DNA from: Zygnema circumcarinatum SAG 698-1b
Taxonomy: Eukaryota; Plantae; Zygnematophyceae
Assembly: GCA_037447605.1 (NCBI GenBank)
Contig: CM074821.1
Coordinates: 1,798,001 to 1,862,000 of the forward strand
Length of the DNA stretch: 64,000 bases
Direction: 5' to 3'
Part shown: in pieces, positions 1 through 11,481 of the stretch
Layout: each line of letters opens with the position of its first letter
Position numbering within the stretch: the first letter of the stretch is position 1
Translations under genes and position numbers: made by a program
The notes under the pieces: model-generated
The model's input: the letters and a program-made list of their open reading frames with translations, nothing else
Database searches by the model: none
Told to the model about the DNA's origin: nothing

Positions 1-753
1 TGGATCAACCGCGGAGTGGATCCGTGGTGGAGGTGCTCAAGAGCAGCCGCAATGTTGATCGCAATCTTCACTCGAGCCTCCCATGGAAGTGGTTTTTGAT
101 CCACTTCTGCAATTACCCAAGTTTACCAAAAAAATATGGTAACGAAGAAGGGGGGGGTGAGGAGAGATGAAGAAAATTTGATTTTAAAAAAAAGGTGATT
201 TTATTTTTTGGGACGGAAATAAAGGAAGCTGCGATAAGAAAAACAAAGGAACTCGAAAGAAGTGAGAGCTTGGAATATGGAGCTGGATTTGTGGAAGTTG
301 AGGGCCGATGGAAGGGGAGAAGGAGAGGGAGAGGGAGTGAAATGGGGGAGGAGGGAGAGAGGAAGACAGAGTGAGCGCGGGAGAACGAGGATGAGAGCGC
401 GTAAGAGAGTGGTAGGACTGAAGGCGGGACAGGGAAAGAGAGAGGAAAAGGGAGTGGGAGTGGGAGTGCGACAAGGAAAGGCATAGGAAGAAGGAGAGGG
501 AGTGGGGGGGGGGGGCAGGGGACGAGACGAAAAGAGTAGGTGCGAGATAGATGGATAGGGAAAAGTGGGCGAGAGAAACGGAGATGGCCATAGAGTGGGA
601 GAGAGAGAGAGAGCGATGTAACGCGAGTTGGAAGGAAAAGAGAGTGAGAGAGAGCGAGAGACGAGAGTGGGGGAGACAGAGCGAGAGAGAAAGAGTGAGA
701 GAGACTGAGGCGAGAGACGAGAGGGGGGAGAGAGAGAGGGAGAGAGAGAGGGA

Positions 754-784
<31 letters not shown>

Positions 785-910
785 CGACGTAACGCGAGTT
801 GGAAGGAAAAGAGAGCGAGAGTGAGCGAGAGACGAGAGTGGGGGAGACAGAGAGCGAGAGAGAAAGAGTGAGAGGGACTGAGGCGAGAGACGAGAGGGGG
901 GGAGAGAGAC

Positions 911-963
<53 letters not shown>

Positions 964-964
964 C

Positions 965-997
<33 letters not shown>

Positions 998-1592
998 GAG
1001 TCGGGGGCCCCTCACTATGCAGGCGATCGTAGAGCGTCCCTCTGGGCATGTACTCGAAGACCAGAATTCGCTCCCCCCTCGCGAGGCAGACCCCGCGGAG
1101 GCCCACGAGCGCGCGGTGCTGCGCGCGGGCCAACCGCTCCACGCGGCACTGGAAGAGGAGGGACCCACGCTCTGGGACACGGACACGCCCGTTATCCGTT
1201 TTCCGTTAACCGTTAACCGTTAACCGTTTTCCGTTTTCCGTTTTCCGTTTTCCGTTTTCCGTTTTTCGTTTTCCGTTTTTCGTTTTTCGTTTTCCGTTTT
1301 CCGTTTTGTCATACAAAAGTAGGCCGTTAGAACTCGCAAGGACAAGGACACGACGCTGCTCTCTCTGTACGAAGGAAGGGGCTACTGGAACAGTTTCGAG
1401 GGATTTAAGGGTCCTTGTTGGGTTTGGGGGAGTTTGGGAAGTTTAGGGTTCAGAATTAGGAAGGGTTTTGAGGGGTTGTTTAAGGATTCAAGAAGGGGTT
1501 GAAGGGAAGGGGAAGGTGGGGTAAGAAAAGAAAGAAGGGGCAGGAGCTGAGAGAAGAGAGAGAGAGAGAAGGAGAGAGAGCGAGAGCGAGCG

Positions 1593-1631
<39 letters not shown>

Positions 1632-2014
1632 CAGAGTGGGAGAGAGGGGGGGAGGGGAAGGAGAGGGGGAGAGATACTCACTTGTTGGATCGTTTTCTCG
1701 TTTCACGACTGCCCGACGGTCCAGTCGGTCAGTCAAAAGATTTTCAGCCAAATACCGCTTTCCAAAAGGTTCTTCTCCAATAACGGTTGTAAAATTTTTG
1801 GTTTGTTTTCGGATTGTGCTCAGACTGTATTCCTTTACTCCCACTGCGCCCAATCACCACATGTCACGTGAAAAAGTGCACATCTGAGTATGTCGATTGT
1901 TGGGAAACAGACAGAGAGACGGACAGAGGGGAGAGAGAGGGAGGGCAGCGAAGGAAGATCGGGAGAGTGGGCGATGTAAATAGGGCAAGGGAGAGAGAAG
2001 GCAAAGGAGGCGGC

Positions 2015-2078
<64 letters not shown>

Positions 2079-5000
2079 GGATAAAGTATGGAGAGGAGGA
2101 AGGGAGCCATTCCTCAATTCAACCAACCTCAACCCATACAACAAACAAAACCTGACAATTCAACATTTTGTCAGCGACACAAGAAATTTCCGCAGACCCT
2201 AAAACCCTAACAACCCTACAAACCCTAGCAAGCTCTTGCAGCCCTTGACCCCTCCCATCCCCAACCAGCTCTGCCTCACATCGCAGGCGCGTTCCATGTG
2301 CGAGCGCGCCGTTCTCCGTTCTACTGAAAACGGCGAGCGCCGCCCCACACGTGCAGAGGGCGAGCAGCGCCAATAGGAGCGAACCGGCGACGATGAGGGC
2401 CAGCGGGGGGGGGCTCTCGCCTGCCACGTGGAGCGAATTTTTTAGGGGTTCAAGGGTTTTAGGGTTGGTAAGGTTTGTAGGGTTTTGGGGTAGTAGGGAT
2501 TGTAGAGTTTGTAGGGCTCTGCAGTGGCCTTTGGGGCCTCTTTAGGGCCTGCGGGCAGGTGATCTGTGGTGATCTTGGAAGGGTCGGTGATTCTGGGGCT
2601 CATGACTGTAGGGCTTCCAGGGTTTGCAGGATCTTTTAGGATTACAGGGCTGGTAGGGCTCTGTAGAGTGCTTCTCCCTGGCTTCCAGGGCTCTCAGGGC
2701 CTTTAGGGCTCTTTCAGGGTTGTGGGGTCTCTTAAAACAGAGCGTTTTGAGATCTGATAATTAGGGTTCCAAATATTTGAAGGGGTTCAGAGTCGCATTC
2801 AGATTCCTTGTTTGTGATACTCAACGCACATGAGCGGTTTCTCAAGGTTTTAGGGTTTATTTAGGGCTAATTTCTGGTCTTTAGGGTTTTGAGGTTTTTT
2901 GGGTTTATTAGGGTTTTAGAGTTAAAGGATTGGTTCAGGGTTCATATAGTGGCGCTTCAGGGTTTGAGGTTTTAGGTTTTTTGGGTTGCAACAAGGGAAA
3001 TTCGGGGAGGAAGGGAGGGGAAGACCAAACCTGACTTGGCGGACGGGGGGGAGAGAGAGGGAGAGGGAGAGGAAGGGGAGAAGGGAGGGAGAGGAGACGG
3101 GAGAGAGAGAGCGGAGCAGAGAGCAGATTGGTTGGGAGCGCCGTTCAGGCAGTTGGCTGCATAGCTGCAATTTTACACCCCAAAACAAAGGAATTATTAG
3201 GATTTCAAATGAGGGTCTCAAATTGTAATAAATAAGGGAGTCAAGGGAGAAAAAACCGTTTTGTGTGGGGAAAAGAGAGAGGATTTGGGAAGGACGAAAG
3301 GCAATAAAGAAAAGGAAGGGGAGAGACAAGAGAAGAAGTGAGAAACGAGGTTGAGGGAGAGAGGGAGGTGAGCGAGAGAGAGGAGGAGAAAAGGAGTGGG
3401 AGAGATAGTCAGAGAAGGAGACGGAAGGGAGAACAAATAGGACGGGAGAGGAGGTAGAAAGGGAGGAAGAGAAAAGCGGAGGCCTGAGAAAAACAACGGA
3501 GAGGAAGGGAAAGCAGTGAGGGCGAGCGGGAGAGAGAGAGAGAGAGAGAGGGGGGGGGGAAGAGAGAAGGGAGAAGTAATGCCCAGCCTATCTTTCCAAA
3601 AACAACGTCAAAACATACTTGATCACAACTTGTGATGAAGAATTTGCTGCCGGAACCGTTCCGTTCAACTGATTTTCCGAAACATCCCTGCTCCATGTGA
3701 GAGAAAAAATGCGAAAAGTATCCCCACTCAAATGACAGAGTTCATATAACAGAAGGAAAAAAAGAAAAAAATCAGAAGAAAACATGTCTGTTTATTTCAA
3801 ATATGATTGCAAAAAGAAAAAAAATTTAGCGCAATAGCGTAAAGCCGAAACTCACAAATATGCGAGCCTTGCTAAGCCCGTCATACATGCGGGAATTTCT
3901 CCGTTCAACAAATTCGACGCTACATGTATCTCGCGCGCCTTTTTCAGTTCGCAAAATGTCAATGGAATGGGCCCTTCCAGCCTGTTCTTGTCGAGGTTCA
4001 AAATTTGCAGATTTTTCAAATTTCCCAGCGAGTCCGGAATTTTTCCGCTTAAATTATTTTCCTTGAAGTCCAGCTGCACGAGCTTTGTCGCATTTCCGAG
4101 CTCTTCCGGGAGAGNNNNNNNNNNNNNNNNNNNNNNNNNNNNNNNNNNNNNNNNNNNNNNNNNNNNNNNNNNNNNNNNNNNNNNNNNNNNNNNNNNNNNN
4201 NNNNNNNNNNNNNNATTAGTGGAACAGAAACGAAATGACTAACCTGTAAATTTCAATTGAATTTCATTAGTTATTATTTAGATTTGAACTTGCGTTTCCC
4301 CCTTGCGTTTCCCTTTTCCCGATCTTTATATTACCTGCATTCTTACATCTTTCGTTTAAACATATTCCTAATCAAAACATTTCTTTTCCAGCAATTGTGT
4401 TTCCTTGTTAAGTGTCTGCATGTCAAATTCGACATAAAGATTGAGACAATTGTTTCAATGTTGTTGCCATTGTAGACTTCCCGTTGTGTTTCTAATCATT
4501 AAATTTAATCAGTATCCGCAGCTCTGACGATAAAGAGGAGGGGGGGGTAGGGGTAGGGGTAGGGGTAAGGGGTTCTATGCTTTAGTTTGATGGTTTCTTG
4601 TGTTTGAATTGCTTAAAATTTTAACAGTATAGGGTTCTGAAAAATTAGGGTTGTGGGGGTCCCTCTCACAGTATGCGCAAGCTGGTCAATGCTGCCAGCT
4701 GTCGCCCCGGGATTGGCCCCTTCAGGCGCTGCGAAGGTTCCGCGAAGTTTCTGCCTTCCCCAACATTCCATCATCAGATTCCTTTAAGGCACTAGCGATT
4801 CTTGAAAACCCTAAAAACCCAAAATTCTCTTAAAACCCTACAGCTTAAGAACCTAAAACCCTACACAGATAATATTGAATATATACTTGATACTATGAAC
4901 AAATTAGAAGTACCGTACAAGATCCTCAAACCCTAATGACTGGAAAAGCCCTAAAGAACTCCAAAAGAAAATTGTTCAAACCCTAAATAGCAAATCGACC

Positions 5001-6733
5001 CTAATTCTTTAGATTGTGCTGTTAAAAAACTAGATTTAAATCAATACGAAAGTAACAAGAAAGAAATAAAAGCATGTGCTTACAGCGAAGTGACTTCTCT
5101 TGTTGTCACGTCACACTCGACCCCCCCTTGCCACGTTCCGTCACACGGATCCTTGGCGCCGTTCCATGTGGAAAATACGCCGGGATTGTACTTCTGCAGT
5201 TCCGTTTTCAGTTCCAGAAGAGCGTTCAAGGAAGGGCGGTCGTTCGATGGAACGGAAACAGTTCCTGCGACGGAAACGAAAACTTGGAAACGTTTCATAT
5301 GGCCATGTGGGAGCTGCCTCTGTTTGCAGATTGGAGCATAACTTGCTTAAGGAATGCAGTTATGTGAAAGCGGAGTATGACAGAGAAATAATAGAGAGAG
5401 AGGGAGACGAAGAAAGGGAAGATAGAGGAGGGGGGAGGGAGAAAGGCAGAAATAAAGGGTGGGGCAGAGGGGGGACGAGGGAAAGGGAGGTGGGGATTGG
5501 GAGAGGGGTAGAGAGGGAGGCATATGAGGAAGACATGGTGAGGGAGAGGGAGAGGGAGAGGGAGAGGAGAGGGAGAGGGAGAGGGAGAGGAGAGGGAGAG
5601 GGAGAGAGAGGGAGAAGGAGAGGGAGAGGGAGAGGGAGAGGGAGAGGGAGAAGGAGAGGGAGAGGGAGGAGAGGGAGAGGGAGAGGAGAGGGAGAGGAGA
5701 GGGAGAGGGAGAGGGAGAGGGAGAGGAAGAGGGAGAGGAGAGGGAGAGGGAGAGGGAGAGGGAGAGGAGAGGGAGAGGGAGAGGGAGAGGAGAGGGAGAG
5801 GTAGTGGAGGAGGAGGTTAGATTTTTCTACAAAACGACGGAAAATTGAATTCAATGGTTTAAATATTAAGTTTCAGGAAAATGAGTGGTTCTGGCCTGCC
5901 TTGCATGTTGCTTTAAAATTCAGATTTGATTCTTAAATTCAAACACCACCTACAGTATTGGCCGTTTAGTTGTACACAACGATCGCCTTAAAGATCTATT
6001 AAAACTGTTTCAGTTCAAAATTCAAGCTGAAATTGTTGAGACAACAAAGTTTCAAGATTTATCTCATCTCTATCCCCATTTCTAGATCCTTCAAAAGTAA
6101 AAAGATATAGTCTCACCTTCCACTGGCAAACATCCGAGCAGCGATGCCAAAAAGAGGAGAAAATGAGGTCTGCAAAAAATATCCAAAAGCCGCCATGCGC
6201 TGCTCCACAAAGACACAAAATGCAAAAAAAAATGCACTTTTAGCCCTACCTCGAATGAACCCTTTTATAGAATTTCGTCGGAAGGAAAACGTACTTTAAA
6301 AAAACACGGCAGCAGCAGCACACAGCTGATGGCAGATAAAAGTAGAAAATGTGAAAATTTAGATAAGTTTAAAGCTTATGCAAGAGAGGGAAAGACAAGC
6401 GAAAGAGTGAGAGCGAGGACAGAGGCTGGATGAGCGAGAGAACAGAGTGAGGGTCGGATTGAAAGAGAGAGAAAACGAAAGGAGAGCAGAGCGGGAGACA
6501 CAATGCGAGGAGAGAGAGGGAGAGAGACAGAGAGAGAGAGAAGAAGAGAGAGAGAAGAGAGAGAGGAAGAGAGTGAGGAGAGAGAAGAAGAGAGAGAGAG
6601 AAGAGAGAGAGAGAAGAGAGAGAGCGAGAGGGAAGAGAGAGAGGGAGAGAAGAGAGAGAGAAGAGAGAGAGGGTCAGGAAGCCTGAGCTCTTGCAAGCCA
6701 CCTTTGACGTGGCTCCCTCCCCTTCTCCCGCAT
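1..6733 (-). CDS. Leucine-rich-repeat receptor-like kinase, multi-exon, 3' end beyond window; possibly a pseudokinase
   Basis: Phase-consistent GT-AG exons: 6733-6702 and 6199-6117 (signal peptide FLLFLASLLGCLPVEG); 5264-5084 (LRR N-cap ALLELK..WNGAKDPCDGTWQGGVEC); 4750-4670 (RLKGPIPGRQLAALTSLRIL); ~4114-3856 (plant LRRs LDFKENNLSGKIPDSLGNLKNL, cut by an N-gap); ~3688-3619; ~3164-3031 (Pro/Ser linker); ~2423-2280 (TM LALIVAGSLLLALLALCTCG); ~1850-1682 (YSLSTIRKQTKNFTTVIGEEPFG..AVVKR); ~1171-1016 (QHRALVGLRGVC..ILVFEYMPRGTLYDRLH); ~106-1 (LPWEARVKIAINIAAALEHLHH..PRLIH). Confidence 0.88.
590..1000. repeat. (GA)n-rich intronic tract containing an internal duplication of ~170 bp
   Basis: GAGA tracts; the motif gtaacgcgagttggaaggaaaagaga occurs at ~618 and ~789. 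Confidence 0.9.
1189..1307. repeat. 7-bp tandem repeat (CCGTTTT / CCGTTAA) in a kinase intron
   Basis: About 16 directly visible heptamer units. Confidence 0.9.
5540..5801. repeat. (GGGAGA)n hexamer microsatellite, intronic
   Basis: Directly visible. Confidence 0.95.
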
Positions 6734-7177
6734 CGCTCCCTCCGCTCTCCCTCCCTCTCTGAACCCCTCGGCTCGGCAAACCTTAAACCCAGGCCCGGCC
6801 CTCAGCCCTGGTGCCCTCCTTCCTCAGCTGCAAAGCCCTCGAGCCCTAACCCTAATTCCCGGCCCTGAACCTCGCCCGCCCGGCCGCCCGCCCGCCCGCC
6901 CGCCCGCCCCCTCAACCCTAATTTTCTGCGTTCTCCTGCGGCCCTCCTTCCAGCTGGCGGCACGCGAGGACTGCTGGTAGCGGGTAGGCAAGGCAAGCCC
7001 TACATCACTTCCGTGCGGTTATGTTGAGGGTGTCGTCGGAAATGTAGGGATACACGTACAGTATGTGCTGCTGATCGTATGTAGAGTCACGGAAACATCA
7101 CTTTGACCGTACAGTCAACTACCGTTGGGCGTATCCGGGCCCGGCGGCAGATCGGGAACGGTCAAAAGCAAAGGACG

Positions 7178-7365
7178 TGGCATTGATCTGCCATCAAATG
7201 TACATGGACAAAAACATCATTATGGGGAACCACGAGGAACTGGCCGCGAAGGACCTAAGGACAAAAAAAAATGCTATGAGCGAAGGTCTACGCCTAGGCT
7301 CAACAACGCTTCAAGCCCTCCCACGAAGCAGCCGCGAAGGTCGCCGATGTGCGGCACATCGTGCG
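7178..7365 (+). repeat. Dispersed repeat module, also at 53353-53550 (+), 46725-46822 (+) and 54180-54275 (-)
   Basis: Shared core GGCATTGA..CC(A/G)TCAA..GGACAA..ATG(G/T)GGAACCACGAG..AAGGACC(T/C)AA; the 7.2 kb and 53.4 kb copies also share GGCTCAACA.CGCTTCAAGCCCTCCC.CGAAGCAGCCGCGAAGGTC. Confidence 0.8.
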
Positions 7366-7377
7366 GAAAGAGCGGCC

Positions 7378-7456
7378 ACATACATACATACATACATACA
7401 TACATACATACATACATACATACATACATACATACATACATACATACATACATACA

Positions 7457-7488
<32 letters not shown>

Positions 7489-7529
7489 CATACATACATA
7501 CATACATATATACATACATACATACATAC
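7378..7529. repeat. (CATA)n microsatellite
   Basis: About 37 units; source of the spurious YIHT/MYVC ORFs. Confidence 0.97.
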
Positions 7530-7981
7530 AACGGAAACCCTCCCTCGAAGCAGCCGATCACCGATGGTCACCGATGTGCGGCACCATATCGCCGGGGGAG
7601 GGGGGGGGGGGGAGGAGAAGGGAGCGGCGGAAGGCCACCGACAGAGACACGGTCGGCCGCCGACACCCACCCGCGAAGGCAGCAGAATATCCCGTATATA
7701 CCGCCTGCCTGCCTACCCTAGATTCAGGGCGGCTCCTGCATCCACCCGCTGTTGCTGTTGCTATTGCGCTGCTGGCACGCGAGTCTTTGTGCCCACACCG
7801 CACGGCCTGCACGAATTGCGATGCGAATCCCGCAAGGGATGCCTGGGTACGGCCGGGCGAGGCCGGCGAGGGAGGGGAGGGAGGGTTAGTGGGAGGGGTA
7901 GTGGGAGGGGGAGTGGGAGGGGGAGTGGGAGGGGGAGGGGGAAGGGGAGCAGGAGAGGGAGAGGAAGTGGGTGAGGGAGGA

Positions 7982-10900
7982 ATGGAGAAGGCTGTGGCTT
8001 CGAATCCCTTGCTGATGCCGCTCCGCAGCTGGATAACCATCATCCTCACAGCAGGGTTTTCATTTGCAATAGGCGCATTCTCGACGCTTCTGGTGCAGCA
8101 GCAGACCGGGCTGCAGGAGATCCTGGCGCAAACATCGTACGTGGGCGCGTTGGCACTGCAGGGAGGGGCAAGCGCAGGGCGTGAAGGTGACAGCGCCTGC
8201 TCTACTGATCCTGCTTCCCTCCTTCTGTGTTTCCGCTTCTGCTCGGCAGCTTCTGTTCGATCTAATAGCTTCTGCGCGAAGGCACCTGTTTACGGCTTCA
8301 ATTTTGCGCTCCTGCTTGGCTCTGAGTTGAGCAGGATGTTGGTCAATGCCAGGTCATGGACTCCTATTAGAAGGGAAGGAAAGAGGACGTTAGAGGGTAC
8401 AGGATAGGACCTTCACAGCTGGTCTCCTCTTCTATGACGTAGTTTCTGTTGGCTTACGTATGATAGTGGCTGCGTCTCCATTGCAGCGCTTTTCAATGCT
8501 TTTTTTTCTCTCGCCCTCTCCCAGATAGAATACTCGACAGGGAGGCGTGTTCAAAGGACCGCATTCAGATTCAAGCCACCGCGTTCGCGAGGCATTCAGA
8601 GACATCTGTGAGGAAGCTTGGTTGTGGCTTGCTGGACACCCTCGATGACTTCCTGAAAAATTTGTGGAACCCCGCGAACCAACAAGTAGTTTTGGTCAAT
8701 ATTGGAGCCAATAAAGGTGAGAGCGAGCACCCTTCAACTTTGATTTGCGGTCAATGTTAGTAACAGATAATTTTTTCATCCCGAGATTTTGGAGCAAAAA
8801 AGCAAATGAATATCAGGCTTCTGAATTGTAAGGAATTCATTCCAGAAACGACGGCCACCTAAGGAGGTGGACCTTCAGAAAGGGAGGTGGAAGTAACCAA
8901 TCTTGTAATTCTGGAGGAATTTTAAGCACTCAAAGGAACTCCTGACTTTTCAAAAGCTTAAGATGGCTTTGCTTTGTCCCCTTCAGGCTATAACTTAGTT
9001 TTCTGGATGGAGCTCTGGAGTTTATCTAAAGGAATTGATCGAAGAAGCTATTTTAAGTTCCTATCTGGAAATTACAATCGGTCAATGTGTGATACATGTG
9101 GAGGCTGCAAGGAGGCCCCTTTACCTTTTAAACGTGAGCATCGCACACCATCCTTCAGAACTTTGTTCATATTCAAACTCTGGCAGACCCTGTACATCTG
9201 AAAGGAAATACTGCTACTTTTGGTTTTTTTTTTTGTCTTGCTTGATGTCTGCAGTCGCCTTCTGTGGAATTTTGGATGAAACCTAAAGAAGCTGCTGATC
9301 TGTTTATATGGCAAAAACAACTCACCTGCAAACAACCGCTTTTTTGTTATTTTTTTTCCTTTGACAGATTCGCCAGTGGCTCCCGGTCCTGGAAGAGGAG
9401 TTCGCATGTTCGCCATCGAGCCAAACATTGCTAACTATAAGATCCTTTTAGAATTAAAGGTGTTTTTTCTACTGTTACGTTCCTGGAAGTTTTTTTTTTT
9501 TGAGATTCACAGCGAAACTTTGAAGTGAAAGCATATGCTTGCAATGGAGAAGCTCTCCAGGGTCGTCTCTAATTCTCGCCGAAGGCAGTTCTGTATTGTT
9601 GAACAGTTAATGTTGATGAAAACATGAAAACTGGACATTTGAACTGCCTTACATTGCAATGTTGCTTCGAGCACCCATCAACCATCACTGTGCCTGAGGT
9701 GAAATCAGAATATGGAAGGCACTGAAAGGTCGGGAAAAACTGCTGCAGGCTTGGGCAAAATATGGAAGATATGCTGTACTCCAGGCAGCTGCATCTAACT
9801 CTACTGGGATTGCAAAATTCCCCAAAACAAGGTATGTCATGACTTAATCCGGAACTGAAATCCCGTCGTAGTCTCTTGCTAGAGCTTCATGTGTTTTAAC
9901 TTCCTGAAACTCCGTCAGCTGATTTGTAGGTCGCTTTGAACTGCAATGGAAACATCTCTTACCTTTTTCCTTATCTTTATTTATTCATAAATTGGCATTC
10001 AGCGGTTTGTACAAGGCAGTGGCGAGGTGAATGCCGCTCGTGGCTGATTCAGACCTGCCTCACTTTATACAATGAAAGAGTGATGGGAAAAGGCAGTGTA
10101 GCTGTTTTAGAGGAGTAAGAATGATTTCTGGTCTAACAGCACTAATGTAATCATGGGAAGGATGTGAGGATGGTATTTTAGGGTTGGTGACACGCGTGGA
10201 AATCTTCTTAGGAAGCCAAGTATGGGAACTGTAGATGTTCGGCTTATTACAGTTGATGAGTTCATGGAGGAGCATGCAATTGAGCATATCAATTACCTCA
10301 AGATTGACGCAGAAGGGTATGTGTTTGAAACTTTCTACTGCCTACACTCCAAAACCAGATGCCGAACTGGATGTAGAGGCAGTTGCCGCACTGGGAAAAA
10401 CCGGCGTTCTCTGTGTAAATTCTGCGTTATACTGTGTCCTTGGCAAAGTTGTCGCAGAGTAGTTTAAATTAACGGGTTAGTCAACGTAAAACCCACTTTG
10501 GAAACCAAAACCAGCTTGAAACTCTGATTGTGATGCTGCGGAGCTCAGCAGAGCTATCTCTCTGTCAGACTTGTAATAATCAGCATATGGTATGTTATCT
10601 CGGAAGAGTTGTCCAATCCCATTGAATGTCTGATTCTATGGAATGCTTCGAGTACTCATTCAGGAATCCCTGTAAAGAAAAGAGTGCCGGTCTGTGATGG
10701 ACATAACGTGAGGAAGGATGAAGGAGAGAGAGGAGGATAGGTAAAAAAAAATGCCTTCAATGCCTTGGACCAAGCAATCTCTCTTTCGAGCTCCAACAGC
10801 TGTTATGAGCATGCAGGTTTGACCCACTGGTGTTGCTCGGAGGCAAGAGTTCCTTCAAGCTCAATAAGATCCAACTCGTAGAATTTGAATACAATAGTTT

Positions 10901-11481
10901 CAACCATTGGAAAACCACGACCTTGGAGCGAGTTGTGAATGATTTTGATAAATGGGGCTATGACTGCTTCCTCGCGCTCTGGCAAGGTGAGACTTCTCTC
11001 GTTTCCCTTTTCTCTCTCTCTTCTTCTCTCTTTCTTCTCTCTTCTTTTTGACTTTTAGGGCACTCACACATGGAGACAGTGTCTCGAGACCGTCAAATAG
11101 ATTTGCTTTAAGCTTGAAACGCAACTGAATGGACCTTTTGCGCACAGGGAAGGCAGGAATTAAGCAAAAATTACTTTCTTCAGAGGAATGTCATTGCCCC
11201 TGTAGCTGATGCTTCTCTTTATGGTCTTTTAACTGTCAACCTTTTATGCACGAACTGCTGTTGTTGCATGTCTTGTTGAGTGCTCGGCTCACCAATTTTA
11301 TGTTTCTGCATTGTCTGCTTTCCCTTTCCTCGCAGACGCTGCCACAAAGAGCGTCGTTGTCTGCCTAACCGGGTGCTGGCACAGCGCTTACGAGTTCAAG
11401 GACTGGTCCAATGTTTTGTGCTCAAGCAGAAGCCATGGCACCCTCACTCAATTCCTCCGCGAAGCCTGTGCTTGGCGATAA
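7982..11481 (+). CDS. FkbM-family (Methyltransf_21-like) SAM-dependent methyltransferase with N-terminal membrane anchor, paralogue 1 (8 exons)
   Basis: Spliced protein: TM WITIILTAGFSFAIGAFSTLLV; motif I VNIGANKG|YN; CDTCGGC; MFAIEP; QAAASN; TVDEFMEEHAIEHINYLKIDAEG|FDPLVLLG; VEFEY; last exon CLTGCWHSAYEFKDWSNVLC; TAA at 11479-11481. Confidence 0.9.

Noticed and set aside
113-1186. Long ORFs rich in SL/ER/RG (also 5100-5854, 6369-6868, 22287-22844, 23651-24012, 31968-33449, 34493-34870)
   Set aside because: Translations of stop-free GA/CT microsatellites inside introns; only the embedded exon portions are coding.
7125-7974. ORFs with YIHT/MYVC repeats, and the 5' extension of ORF 7349-8407
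   Set aside because: Products of the (CATA)n tract; the real gene most likely starts at ATG 7982.
7982-11481. Bacterial contamination or recent horizontal transfer of the FkbM genes
   Set aside because: Both paralogues have seven spliceosomal introns at shared positions and eukaryote-type membrane anchors.
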